Shown one piece after another: positions 18,400-26,024 of a stretch of DNA of 64,000 nucleotides. The notes beneath the pieces were generated by a model. That model was given only the letters and a program-made list of their open reading frames with translations, did not search any database and had not been told where the DNA came from. The stretch is from Candidatus Limnocylindria bacterium (GTDB taxonomy: Bacteria > Chloroflexota > Limnocylindria > QHBO01): NCBI GenBank assembly GCA_036556695.1, contig DATBIY010000013.1, positions 18,946 through 82,945 of the forward strand, written 5' to 3'. The position numbers and the translations under genes were made by a program. Every line of letters starts with the position of its first letter. The stretch's first letter is position 1.

Positions 18400-19055
18400 G
18401 CCTGGCGGCGACGCAGCTCCGTACCCAGCCAGATGTAGAACGCCGGGCTCAGAACCAGGCCCGTCAGGCCGGCCGCCGCGGCGACCACCGGATTGGTGGG
18501 CGTCAGGATGATGAGCCGTCCCAGGTAGACGACCAGCAGCATCAGCCCGACCACCATGCCCAGCGTCGCAAGGTTACGCGGCAGGATCCCGTTGCCACGC
18601 GCCAGCCCGGAGAGCACCATCAGTCCCAGGCCGCTGGCGCCGAAGGTCATCAGGCCGCGGGGGTCGACGGGGTTGGGGAGGCCGGCATCGCCCAACACGT
18701 CCGCTGTCGGCGGGTGCAGCAGGTTGGCGAGGTCGTAGCCACCGTGTGCCATGGCGCCGGCAGCGCCGATGACCACCAGCACCAGGCCGACCATCCCCAC
18801 CACCCGGGCATCACCGGCAAGGCGCTGGTAGACGGCGATCAGCACGGCGATGCTGAACAAAGCCCCGAAGATGAGCGCAATCGACGCCACGGCGAGCCCG
18901 AAGCCCGGCGCCCAGCCGAGAACCACGCCGCCAAGGAAGGCGATCGAATACACGATCCCCAGCAGGCCGGCAACGATGGCGGTGCTGCCAGCGTCGCGCT
19001 CGTAGGTGCGTGGGGGCGTCGCGGACGGCTCGGACGTCTGCATCGGCGGGAGCAT
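18396..19055 (-). CDS. integral membrane protein, unknown function
   Basis: 219 aa with about 6 hydrophobic helices. Convergent with the MBL gene (4-nt overlap). Confidence 0.55.
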   Translation of the reverse strand: MLPPMQTSEPSATPPRTYERDAGSTAIVAGLLGIVYSIAFLGGVVLGWAPGFGLAVASIALIFGALFSIAVLIAVYQRLAGDARVVGMVGLVLVVIGAAGAMAHGGYDLANLLHPPTADVLGDAGLPNPVDPRGLMTFGASGLGLMVLSGLARGNGILPRNLATLGMVVGLMLLVVYLGRLIILTPTNPVVAAAAGLTGLVLSPAFYIWLGTELRRRQA

Positions 19056-19116
19056 GCCACGGACGGCATCGGCTCCACAAGACTCTTTGTTGAACCCCGG
19101 TCCATGGGCCGGCCGT

Positions 19117-19125
19117 TGCTACAAT
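19117..19125 (+). promoter_or_regulatory. extended -10 TGCTACAAT upstream of yebC
   Basis: TGnTACAAT lies 29 nt before the ATG. SD GGGGAG lies in between. Confidence 0.5.
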
Positions 19126-19154
19126 CGGCGCCGCACAAATCCAGGGGAGTTCCT

Positions 19155-19913
<759 letters not shown>

Positions 19914-20108
19914 CTCGTGGGGTGCTGGCCATCGACGCGGTATCACTCACCAGTCATAGAAGCGACCGGATTCGCCCCAAATGCGCTGCTGGCAAGCCCC
20001 CGGGTCATAGGCACGACGCAATACCGGCGGGATCGGTCATTTCCATAACGGCGCAGTAATAGTCAGCCCAGACAGCGGGGATCGGAGATTCAGGCACAGG
20101 CCGGCCGG

Positions 20109-20114
20109 TACGAT
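20109..20114 (+). promoter_or_regulatory. -10-like TACGAT, 6 nt upstream of the ruvC GTG (leaderless geometry)
   Basis: TACGAT-acgtcg-GTG. No SD. Confidence 0.4.
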
Positions 20115-20120
20115 ACGTCG

Positions 20121-20624
20121 GTGATCGCGCTGGGCATCGATCCGGGCACCGCCACCTGCGGCTTCGGGCTGGTCGAGCTGGAGGGCGGCCGTCTGCGGAT
20201 GGTTGACGCCGGCGTGATCCGCACCTCGCCGGACGAGACCGATGCCTTCCGCCTGCGGCAGCTGCACGCCGCGCTGGCGGCGCTGGTGGCCGAGCATCGG
20301 CCCCAGCGGGTCGGGGTGGAGCGGCTCTTCTTCCAGCGGAACGTGCAGACCGCCATGGCCGTTGGCCAGGCACGCGGCGTGGCGCTGCTGGTTGCCGCCG
20401 CGGCGGAGCTGCCAGTCGACGAGCCCACGCCCAACGAGGTGAAGCAGGTGGTCTGCGGCAACGGGGCCGCCGACAAGCAGCAGGTGGCCGCCATGGTCGC
20501 GCGGCTGTTGGCCGTCTCGCTGGAGGGCGTGCCGGACGACGCGACCGATGCGCTGGCCGTGGCCATCGGCTGTGCCTATGGTGCCGCGACGCAACAACGG
20601 GTCGCCGAGGCCTCCGCTCGATGA
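20121..20624 (+). CDS. ruvC: crossover junction endodeoxyribonuclease RuvC
   Basis: IALGIDPGTATCGFGLVE, NEVKQVVCGNGAADKQQV, DATDALAVAI. Confidence 0.92.
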   Translation: MIALGIDPGTATCGFGLVELEGGRLRMVDAGVIRTSPDETDAFRLRQLHAALAALVAEHRPQRVGVERLFFQRNVQTAMAVGQARGVALLVAAAAELPVDEPTPNEVKQVVCGNGAADKQQVAAMVARLLAVSLEGVPDDATDALAVAIGCAYGAATQQRVAEASAR

Positions 20625-21196
20625 TCGGCACCCTGCGCGGTCCGGTAACGCATATCGGCACCGACTACGTCGTGGTCGAGCTGGGTGGCGTCGGCTACCG
20701 CGTGCAGGTGGCGCCCAAGATCATGGCCCGCATGCGCCCCGAGCGCGAGGCGCACTTCTTCATCCATCACCTGGTGCGCGAGGACCAGCAGGCGCTGTTC
20801 GGCTTCACCTCGCCGGAGGAACTGGCCTTCTTCGAGCTGCTGATGACGGTCAGCGGGGTCGGGCCGCGGCTGGCGCTGGCGATCGTTGGCGCGCACGCCG
20901 TCACACGGCTGCAGCTGGCGATCGTGACGGGCGACCTGGACCTGCTGACCAGCGTCAGCGGCGTGGGGCGCAAGACCGCCCAACGCATCGCACTGGAGCT
21001 CAAGGAGAAGATCCACTCCGCCGGCGTGGCGGTAGGCCCGGGCGACTCCAGCGACTCGGACGTGGTGGCCGCGCTCGAGTCGCTGGGGTACACGCAGACC
21101 GAGGCGCGCCGGGCAGCGGGCAGCGTGGCGGGAGCGGATGGTGGCCTCGACTCGCGGATCAAGGCCGCGCTCCAGGAGCTGGCCCGCTCGCGATAA
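20621..21196 (+). CDS. ruvA: Holliday junction branch migration protein RuvA
   Basis: MIGTLRG... VGYRVQV ... LFGF ... LMTVSGVGPRLALAI ... VSGVGRKTAQRI. ATGA overlap with ruvC. Confidence 0.92.
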   Translation: MIGTLRGPVTHIGTDYVVVELGGVGYRVQVAPKIMARMRPEREAHFFIHHLVREDQQALFGFTSPEELAFFELLMTVSGVGPRLALAIVGAHAVTRLQLAIVTGDLDLLTSVSGVGRKTAQRIALELKEKIHSAGVAVGPGDSSDSDVVAALESLGYTQTEARRAAGSVAGADGGLDSRIKAALQELARSR

Positions 21197-21208
21197 GCGG
21201 CTCACCGT

Positions 21209-21214
21209 CACAAT
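21209..21214 (+). promoter_or_regulatory. -10-like CACAAT, 6 nt upstream of GTG 21221 (leaderless geometry)
   Basis: CACAAT-ggcgcc-GTG. Confidence 0.35.
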
Positions 21215-21220
21215 GGCGCC

Positions 21221-21667
21221 GTGCTGGAGCAACGCGAGCGCTGGTCGGACGCCGAGGTGGCGCGTCGGATTCTGACTGAGTTCCACGTCTGGGCGGTGGT
21301 GGGCTGTTCGCCTGACCCGATGCGCGCCAGCCACGGCGTGTCGCGCACGCTGATGCGCCACGGCTACGAGATGATCCCGATCTACCCGCGCGACGTCGAG
21401 ATCCACGGCATCCGGACCGTGCCGGACCTGGCGACCGCAGCTGCGCAGCGCCCTACCGACAGCCCGATCGAGGTGGTCGACATCTTCCGCGCCTCGCACC
21501 GCGCCGGCGCGCACGTCGACGAGGCCATCGCCATCGGGGCAAAGGCAGTCTGGATGCAGCTCGCCGTCTGGGACGAGGCCGCCGCCCAGCGCGCGGCCGC
21601 CGCCGGGCTGCTGGTTGTCATGGACCGCTGCCCGGCCATCGACCTGCCGATGCTGCTGGCCGGTTAG
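21221..21667 (+). CDS. CoA-binding domain protein (YccU-like)
   Basis: 148 aa with a CoA_binding_2-like pattern (WAVVGCSPDPMRASHGV ... VDIFR ... AKAVWMQ). Confidence 0.7.
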   Translation: MLEQRERWSDAEVARRILTEFHVWAVVGCSPDPMRASHGVSRTLMRHGYEMIPIYPRDVEIHGIRTVPDLATAAAQRPTDSPIEVVDIFRASHRAGAHVDEAIAIGAKAVWMQLAVWDEAAAQRAAAAGLLVVMDRCPAIDLPMLLAG

Positions 21668-21670
21668 CCC

Positions 21671-21705
21671 GGCCGCGCCAAGCAGGCCGCGCCAAGCAGG
21701 CCGCG
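21671..21705. repeat. 14-bp tandem repeat GGCCGCGCCAAGCA x2.5 in a convergent intergenic gap
   Basis: Exact copies at 21671-21684 and 21685-21698, partial copy at 21699-21705. The last copy forms a GCCGCG/CGCGGC hairpin across the MTase stop. Confidence 0.85.
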
Positions 21706-22467
21706 TCAGCGCGGCAGCCGGAAGACGTAGATCCCGAAGCCCAGCTGGTCGCGGCCGCCGCCCAGGAAGCGATCCCTGCCCGCCCGCGCACGCTCCAGAA
21801 AGACCTCGCGCTGCGGGTCGGCGGGATGCTCATCCGCCCAGCGCTCGACGGTCGCCGCGTAGCGCCATTCGTAGCGGTCCCAGTCGCGCGTGGTCGCGGT
21901 CGCCGCCCACAGCGGGGTGAGCCCGAAGTGGATGGCCGCCTGCAGGTTCTGGGTGTGGGTGCCCATCTCGTCGCGGGCGACGCCCAGCAGGGCCATGTAC
22001 TCGTCGGTCGGATCGGTGCGCCAGCAGGCGTCGGCCACCATCATCAGCCCGCCTGGCACGACCAGGCCGTACAGCTGGCGGACGAGGGTGGCGAAGCTGT
22101 CGTGCTCCCAGCCAGGACCCAGCGCCATGACCAGGTCGAACGGCTCGTCGGCGCGAAACTCGAGCGCATCGCCCTCGAGCAACTCCAATGTCCCGTGCCG
22201 CAGCTCCATGGACGAGGCGCGGGCGAGCGCCACTGCGTAGGGTGAGATGTCCACCCCCACGCCGTGCGCGTCGTAGCGCTCCACCACGCGGCGCAGCGCC
22301 TCGGCCCTGCCGCACCCCAGGTCCAGCACGCGCGCGCCGGACGGCAGCCGCAGCTCGCCGATGGCCTCATTCAGCGTCGAGCCAGACAGCGGGTTCCAGA
22401 TGACCATCTCCCCGTGGGCGATGGCCGAGAAGCGAAAGCGCTGCTCCTCCTCGAGTGAGAGCGGCAT
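21706..22467 (-). CDS. class I SAM-dependent methyltransferase
   Basis: Motif I VLDLGCGRAE and post-I GVDIS. The ATG at 22467 shares one base with the uricase stop (TGATG). The upstream 33 codons of the ORF overlap uricase and were rejected. Confidence 0.75.
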   Translation of the reverse strand: MPLSLEEEQRFRFSAIAHGEMVIWNPLSGSTLNEAIGELRLPSGARVLDLGCGRAEALRRVVERYDAHGVGVDISPYAVALARASSMELRHGTLELLEGDALEFRADEPFDLVMALGPGWEHDSFATLVRQLYGLVVPGGLMMVADACWRTDPTDEYMALLGVARDEMGTHTQNLQAAIHFGLTPLWAATATTRDWDRYEWRYAATVERWADEHPADPQREVFLERARAGRDRFLGGGRDQLGFGIYVFRLPR

Positions 22468-23414
22468 CAGCGGCGCATCAGCAGGCCGATGCGGCCGAAC
22501 GGCGGCCGCGGATCGGCGTAGGTCTTGATCCGCTCGTCCTCCGCGCTGGTCGCACCGCTGTCCCACAGCCGGTTCGTGGCCTCGAAGCTCACCTCACCGA
22601 GCTGCGGCCAGCGCTCCAGCATGCGGCCGCCGATCTCATGGACCAGGTGCTGGATCGAGAGGCTGACGAACTGGTGGAAGACGGACGCCGCCAGGTCGGC
22701 CACCTGGTCGCCGTCCACGTAGCGCGCCGGATCGGCGCCCAGCGCATCGGCATCGTCGGTATAGCGCCAGCCGATGTCGGTCCAGATGTAGAGCGGCCGG
22801 TCGCGGCGCTCGGGGAGGGTGGTGTGCTCGTCGCGCGCGAAATCGGCGAAGGCGCTGCCGGTGATCTTGATGAGCTGGATCTCCTCCCGTCCGCTGGCGT
22901 GGCCGGTGATCAGCACGCCGCCCCCGCCATCGCGCTCCAGGTCCAGCCGCGCCGTCGAGCGGTCGTTGCGATCGCGCGCGAACAGCCGATCGGACGCGGC
23001 AAAGCCATCGCCGTCGTCGGCTGGCACCACGGCGGCGGGGAAGGGGAGCCATCGGCCGATCATGGTCAACCGCTCCATGTGCGGGTACGTCTCCAGAAAG
23101 CGGCTGCCGACGTGGTGCAGCCAGCCTTCAAGAGTCGCGGACTGGCAGTCCAGCGACGCGGCATGGATGAAGTTCTTCATCGTGTCGGTGGCCACCACCA
23201 GCCGGTTGTCCCCCCGGGTGTAGGCATCCAGGAAGACCTCGCCCCGCACCACCACCTCGATCTCGGCCGCCATCAGCGTGTTCTCGCGGCCCCCGAAGGG
23301 CGATTCGGGAATGGGCGTGATGCCGGTCAGTGGCGTGCCGTAGGTGCGGTAGACCTTGACGTCCGCCTTGCCGTAGTGGATCTCGTAGTCCATGGAACCC
23401 TCCGTGTCGCCCAT
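22467..23414 (-). CDS. uox: urate oxidase (cofactor-independent uricase)
   Basis: YGKADVKVYR, VVATDTMKNFIH and the two-T-fold domain layout. 315 aa. Confidence 0.9.
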   Translation of the reverse strand: MGDTEGSMDYEIHYGKADVKVYRTYGTPLTGITPIPESPFGGRENTLMAAEIEVVVRGEVFLDAYTRGDNRLVVATDTMKNFIHAASLDCQSATLEGWLHHVGSRFLETYPHMERLTMIGRWLPFPAAVVPADDGDGFAASDRLFARDRNDRSTARLDLERDGGGGVLITGHASGREEIQLIKITGSAFADFARDEHTTLPERRDRPLYIWTDIGWRYTDDADALGADPARYVDGDQVADLAASVFHQFVSLSIQHLVHEIGGRMLERWPQLGEVSFEATNRLWDSGATSAEDERIKTYADPRPPFGRIGLLMRR

Positions 23415-23420
23415 TCTCAG

Positions 23421-23440
23421 AGCTCGTTACAGCTCGTTGC
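23421..23440. repeat. 10-bp tandem duplication AGCTCGTT(A/G)C x2 across the uraD stop codon
   Basis: agctcgttac (23421-23430) + agctcgttgc (23431-23440). The TAA stop (23427-23429, minus strand) lies in the first copy, at the junction with the second. Confidence 0.8.
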
Positions 23441-24488
23441 CCAGGCCACGCAGGCGGCGCAGCCGATCACCAGCGATGTAGATCGCGTCGTCCACCGCGC
23501 GCCGCAGCTCCGCCTCGCGATCGTTGCGCAGCGCGCGCTCCAGCAGCGGCACAATCTCCGTCTTGGGGCGGCCGGCCACGAAGATCACGTACCGAAAACC
23601 GAAACGCTGCTCGTACAGCTCGTTGAGCATGGCCAGCTCCTCGTAGGCAAGCTGCGTGCGGCGTACCTCCTCGGCAGCCGCATCCTCGGCCTCTTCGGCG
23701 TCGTATCCCTGCTCGACGAACGACATGACCGATACCGTCGCCGGATCCGCACCGATCGGCGGGTGCGCCTGCACCAGCTCTACCTTCGCCTCCTCGTCCA
23801 GGCCGTGTGCCGCCTCGAAGGCGGCGGACAGCATGGCCTCCTCCGTCTCGAAGGGGCGCAGCTCCGCCAGGTGCTGCAGGAATGCCTCGCCGCCCTCGAA
23901 CAGCGGCGCCATCTCGTGCACGAATGTCTCGATCGGCAGGCGATCCAGGTCCTCCACCAGCGGGAAGCCGCGGGTCTGCAGTGGCTGCTGGAGATCGTCG
24001 CCAGCCAGCTCGAACTCGAGCAGGTCGCGGATGGGCAGTCCGTTGCCGGGGTTGCGCTCGGGGATCAGCGGCTTCAGCGCCCGATCGGCGGCCACCGCGT
24101 CATGGTGGATGCGTGCCAGCCGCAGGCCGCGCCGCAGGTAGAAATGGATGGCGTCCAGGTTGTCGTTGGTGGTCACCAGCCAGAGCCGATGGTGGCCACT
24201 GGCCGCGGCCACCTGCCGCACCGTTTCGAGCAGCGCGCTGCCAGCTCCGGCACCCCGCGGCTCGGCGAACAGCCCCACTACCTCCAGTCCCGAGCCGGGG
24301 GTCTCCTGCACCGCGGCCACGCCCGCCGGTGTGCCGTCCAGCTCGGCCACCAGGCCGTCGAGCTGCAGCGGGTCCAGCTTTTCGCCCAGGCGGGCGAGCT
24401 CGTGCGTGCCGCCCTGTGCGCCGGCGATCATCTCGCGCTCCCACTGGCGGTCGTCGGGCCGCAGATCGCGGACGCGGACCTCAGGCAC
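23427..24488 (-). CDS. uraD: fusion protein: N-terminal GNAT acetyltransferase domain + C-terminal OHCU decarboxylase
   Basis: The C-terminal ~170 aa carries OHCU decarboxylase signatures (HPPIG, SFVEQ, LNELYEQRFGFRYVIFVAGRPKTEIVPLLERALRND). The N-terminal ~165 aa has the GNAT motif A region (VVGLFAEPRGAGAGSALL). The frame is continuous. The start is uncertain: GTG 24488 (8-nt overlap with the upstream gene) or ATG 24575 (95-nt overlap). Confidence 0.8.
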   Translation of the reverse strand: MPEVRVRDLRPDDRQWEREMIAGAQGGTHELARLGEKLDPLQLDGLVAELDGTPAGVAAVQETPGSGLEVVGLFAEPRGAGAGSALLETVRQVAAASGHHRLWLVTTNDNLDAIHFYLRRGLRLARIHHDAVAADRALKPLIPERNPGNGLPIRDLLEFELAGDDLQQPLQTRGFPLVEDLDRLPIETFVHEMAPLFEGGEAFLQHLAELRPFETEEAMLSAAFEAAHGLDEEAKVELVQAHPPIGADPATVSVMSFVEQGYDAEEAEDAAAEEVRRTQLAYEELAMLNELYEQRFGFRYVIFVAGRPKTEIVPLLERALRNDREAELRRAVDDAIYIAGDRLRRLRGLGNEL

Positions 24489-24927
24489 GGGCGTAGCGGA
24501 ACTCGTCACCGGTTTCGCGCGGCTGAGCGGCCGTCTCGAACCAGGCGTACAGCTCGCCGGACGGCTGGAGCTCATAGACCATCCAGCGCTCCTCGCCGCG
24601 CTTCAGGAAGGTGACGCGGCGTTCATCGACCGCCACGAGGTCGAGGGTCACCGCCTCGTCCTTCTCCTCCCAGCCCTTCAGCCCCGGCGCGAAGTGCTTG
24701 ATGCGGAAGACAATGTGATCGCCCTCGGGCTCCATCGAGCACAGCTCATAGAAGCGCGGCTGGCCGTCGCGATGCCAGCGGAACATGCCCAGCATCATTC
24801 CGGCGTAGGGCTCGCTCCACCATTCCTCGATGCGGTCAGCGGCGTGCTCGCCGACCCAGCGGCCCGCCATCCAGGCCACCTGGTCCACGGTGGCGGCCAG
24901 CGGCTGCGTGGGGTGCATCGGTGCCAA
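24481..24927 (-). CDS. hypothetical protein, DUF6265-like by eye
   Basis: 148 aa (WMAGRWVGE...IEEWWSEP...MLGMFRW). Packed between uraH (2 nt gap) and GNAT::uraD. Start is TTG 24927 or ATG 24918. Confidence 0.6.
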   Translation of the reverse strand: MAPMHPTQPLAATVDQVAWMAGRWVGEHAADRIEEWWSEPYAGMMLGMFRWHRDGQPRFYELCSMEPEGDHIVFRIKHFAPGLKGWEEKDEAVTLDLVAVDERRVTFLKRGEERWMVYELQPSGELYAWFETAAQPRETGDEFRYARA

Positions 24928-24929
24928 CC

Positions 24930-25271
24930 CTAGCTGCCGCGGTACGTCGCCAGGCTGAACGGCGAGAGCAGCAGCGGCACGTGGTAGCCGCGCTCGGCGT
25001 CGTCGATGTGGAAGCCAATGGCCACGTTCTCGAAGAACTCGGCGTCTTCCTGCAGGTAGGCACCCACGTCGAAGACCAGCTGGTAGCTGCCGACCTCCAG
25101 CGGTGAGGTGAGCAGCGACCGGATGCGGCCGTCGTCGTCGGTCTCCATCTCGGCCAGCAGCTCGGGTTTGCCGTCGGGCTCGAGCCGGAAGAGCGCCACC
25201 GGCACGCCAATCGCCGGGTCGCCGGTTCCGAGGTCAAGGACGTGGGTGCTGATCGTCGGGGGTCCGACCAC
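24930..25271 (-). CDS. uraH: 5-hydroxyisourate hydrolase (transthyretin-like)
   Basis: ISTHVLD N-terminus, HVPLLLSPF, diagnostic C-terminal YRGS. GTG start with GGAGGA 6 nt upstream. Confidence 0.92.
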   Translation of the reverse strand: MVGPPTISTHVLDLGTGDPAIGVPVALFRLEPDGKPELLAEMETDDDGRIRSLLTSPLEVGSYQLVFDVGAYLQEDAEFFENVAIGFHIDDAERGYHVPLLLSPFSLATYRGS

Positions 25272-25272
25272 T

Positions 25273-25281
25273 TGCTATCCT
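25273..25281 (+). promoter_or_regulatory. extended -10-like TGCTATCCT, 6 nt upstream of ATG 25288 (leaderless geometry)
   Basis: TGCTATCCT-ccgcgc-ATG. It overlaps the SD of the divergent uraH on the other strand. Confidence 0.4.
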
Positions 25282-25287
25282 CCGCGC

Positions 25288-25710
25288 ATGGGTGACCTAC
25301 GCATCAGCGTCGGCGATCTGCACTTTACCGCCCGCTGGCATCCGGACGCCCCTGCCACGCGGCGGGCGCTGGAGGCATGGCTGCCGATCGACTCGAAGCT
25401 GATCCACTGCCGCTGGAGCGGCGAGTCGACCTGGATCCCGTTCGGCGACTCCCGTCCGACGGTGGGCTACGAGAACGCGACGTCGCATCCGGCGCCAGGC
25501 GACCTGCTCATCTACGTCGGCGACATCTCCGAGTGCGAGATCCTGTTCCCGTACGGCGCCTGCTCCTTCTCGTCGAAGGTGGGACAGCTGGCCGGGAATC
25601 ACTTCGCCACGCTGGAGCCGGACGATGGGTGGCGCGACAGGCTGCGCGAGGTCGGCCGCCGGGTGCTGTGGGAGGGCGCCCAGCCGATCCGCATCGAGCC
25701 AACGTCGTGA
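25288..25710 (+). CDS. DUF3830 family (cyclophilin-like fold) protein
   Basis: 140 aa (FTARW...[17 protein letters not shown]...[15 protein letters not shown]...[14 protein letters not shown]...[11 protein letters not shown]), matching my recollection of DUF3830 sequences. Confidence 0.7.
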   Translation: MGDLRISVGDLHFTARWHPDAPATRRALEAWLPIDSKLIHCRWSGESTWIPFGDSRPTVGYENATSHPAPGDLLIYVGDISECEILFPYGACSFSSKVGQLAGNHFATLEPDDGWRDRLREVGRRVLWEGAQPIRIEPTS

Positions 25711-26009
25711 TCCCGCTCGCGCTGATCGCGTTGGTGGTCGTGGCCTTCGTGCTGGCCGGCAACGGCATCGTCCCGCTGTGGGTGGCCATCGCGGCCATCC
25801 TGGCGGGGCTGCTGGTCGCTGCCTGGCAACTGGACCGCAAGGCGGGTCCGGGCGGCCACAGAACCATGCCCAAGCGCAAGTACGCCGCCCTGCTGGGCAT
25901 CGGCGCTGCGGAGCCGAGCAACCACCCGGTCATCGTCATCGACCGCGGCGACCGCGCCGGCGAGCCGCCCGGGGTGAACCGCGGCGACGATTCGCAGCCC
26001 CGCCGCTAG
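25707..26009 (+). CDS. small two-TM membrane protein, unknown function
   Basis: GTG 25707 overlaps the DUF3830 stop (GTGA). Two hydrophobic helices followed by a charged tail. 100 aa. Confidence 0.45.
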   Translation: MIPLALIALVVVAFVLAGNGIVPLWVAIAAILAGLLVAAWQLDRKAGPGGHRTMPKRKYAALLGIGAAEPSNHPVIVIDRGDRAGEPPGVNRGDDSQPRR

Positions 26010-26024
26010 CCGGCCTGCGCGGCC

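Noticed and set aside
18045-19154. N-terminal 370-aa extension of the yebC ORF. Similar extensions occur at 16163-17161 (PAS gene), 36316..38514 upstream of 37947, 8299-8403 and 7096-7239.
   Set aside because: The extensions overlap convincingly coding genes on the other strand or upstream in another frame. The conserved family N-termini, with SD or -10 signals, begin at the internal starts chosen.
22455-24614. 719-aa plus-strand ORF antisense to uricase and GNAT::uraD
   Set aside because: It lies entirely opposite two well-supported genes. The translation is Arg/Ala/Gly/Pro-rich low-information sequence, typical of stop-poor antisense frames in high-GC DNA.
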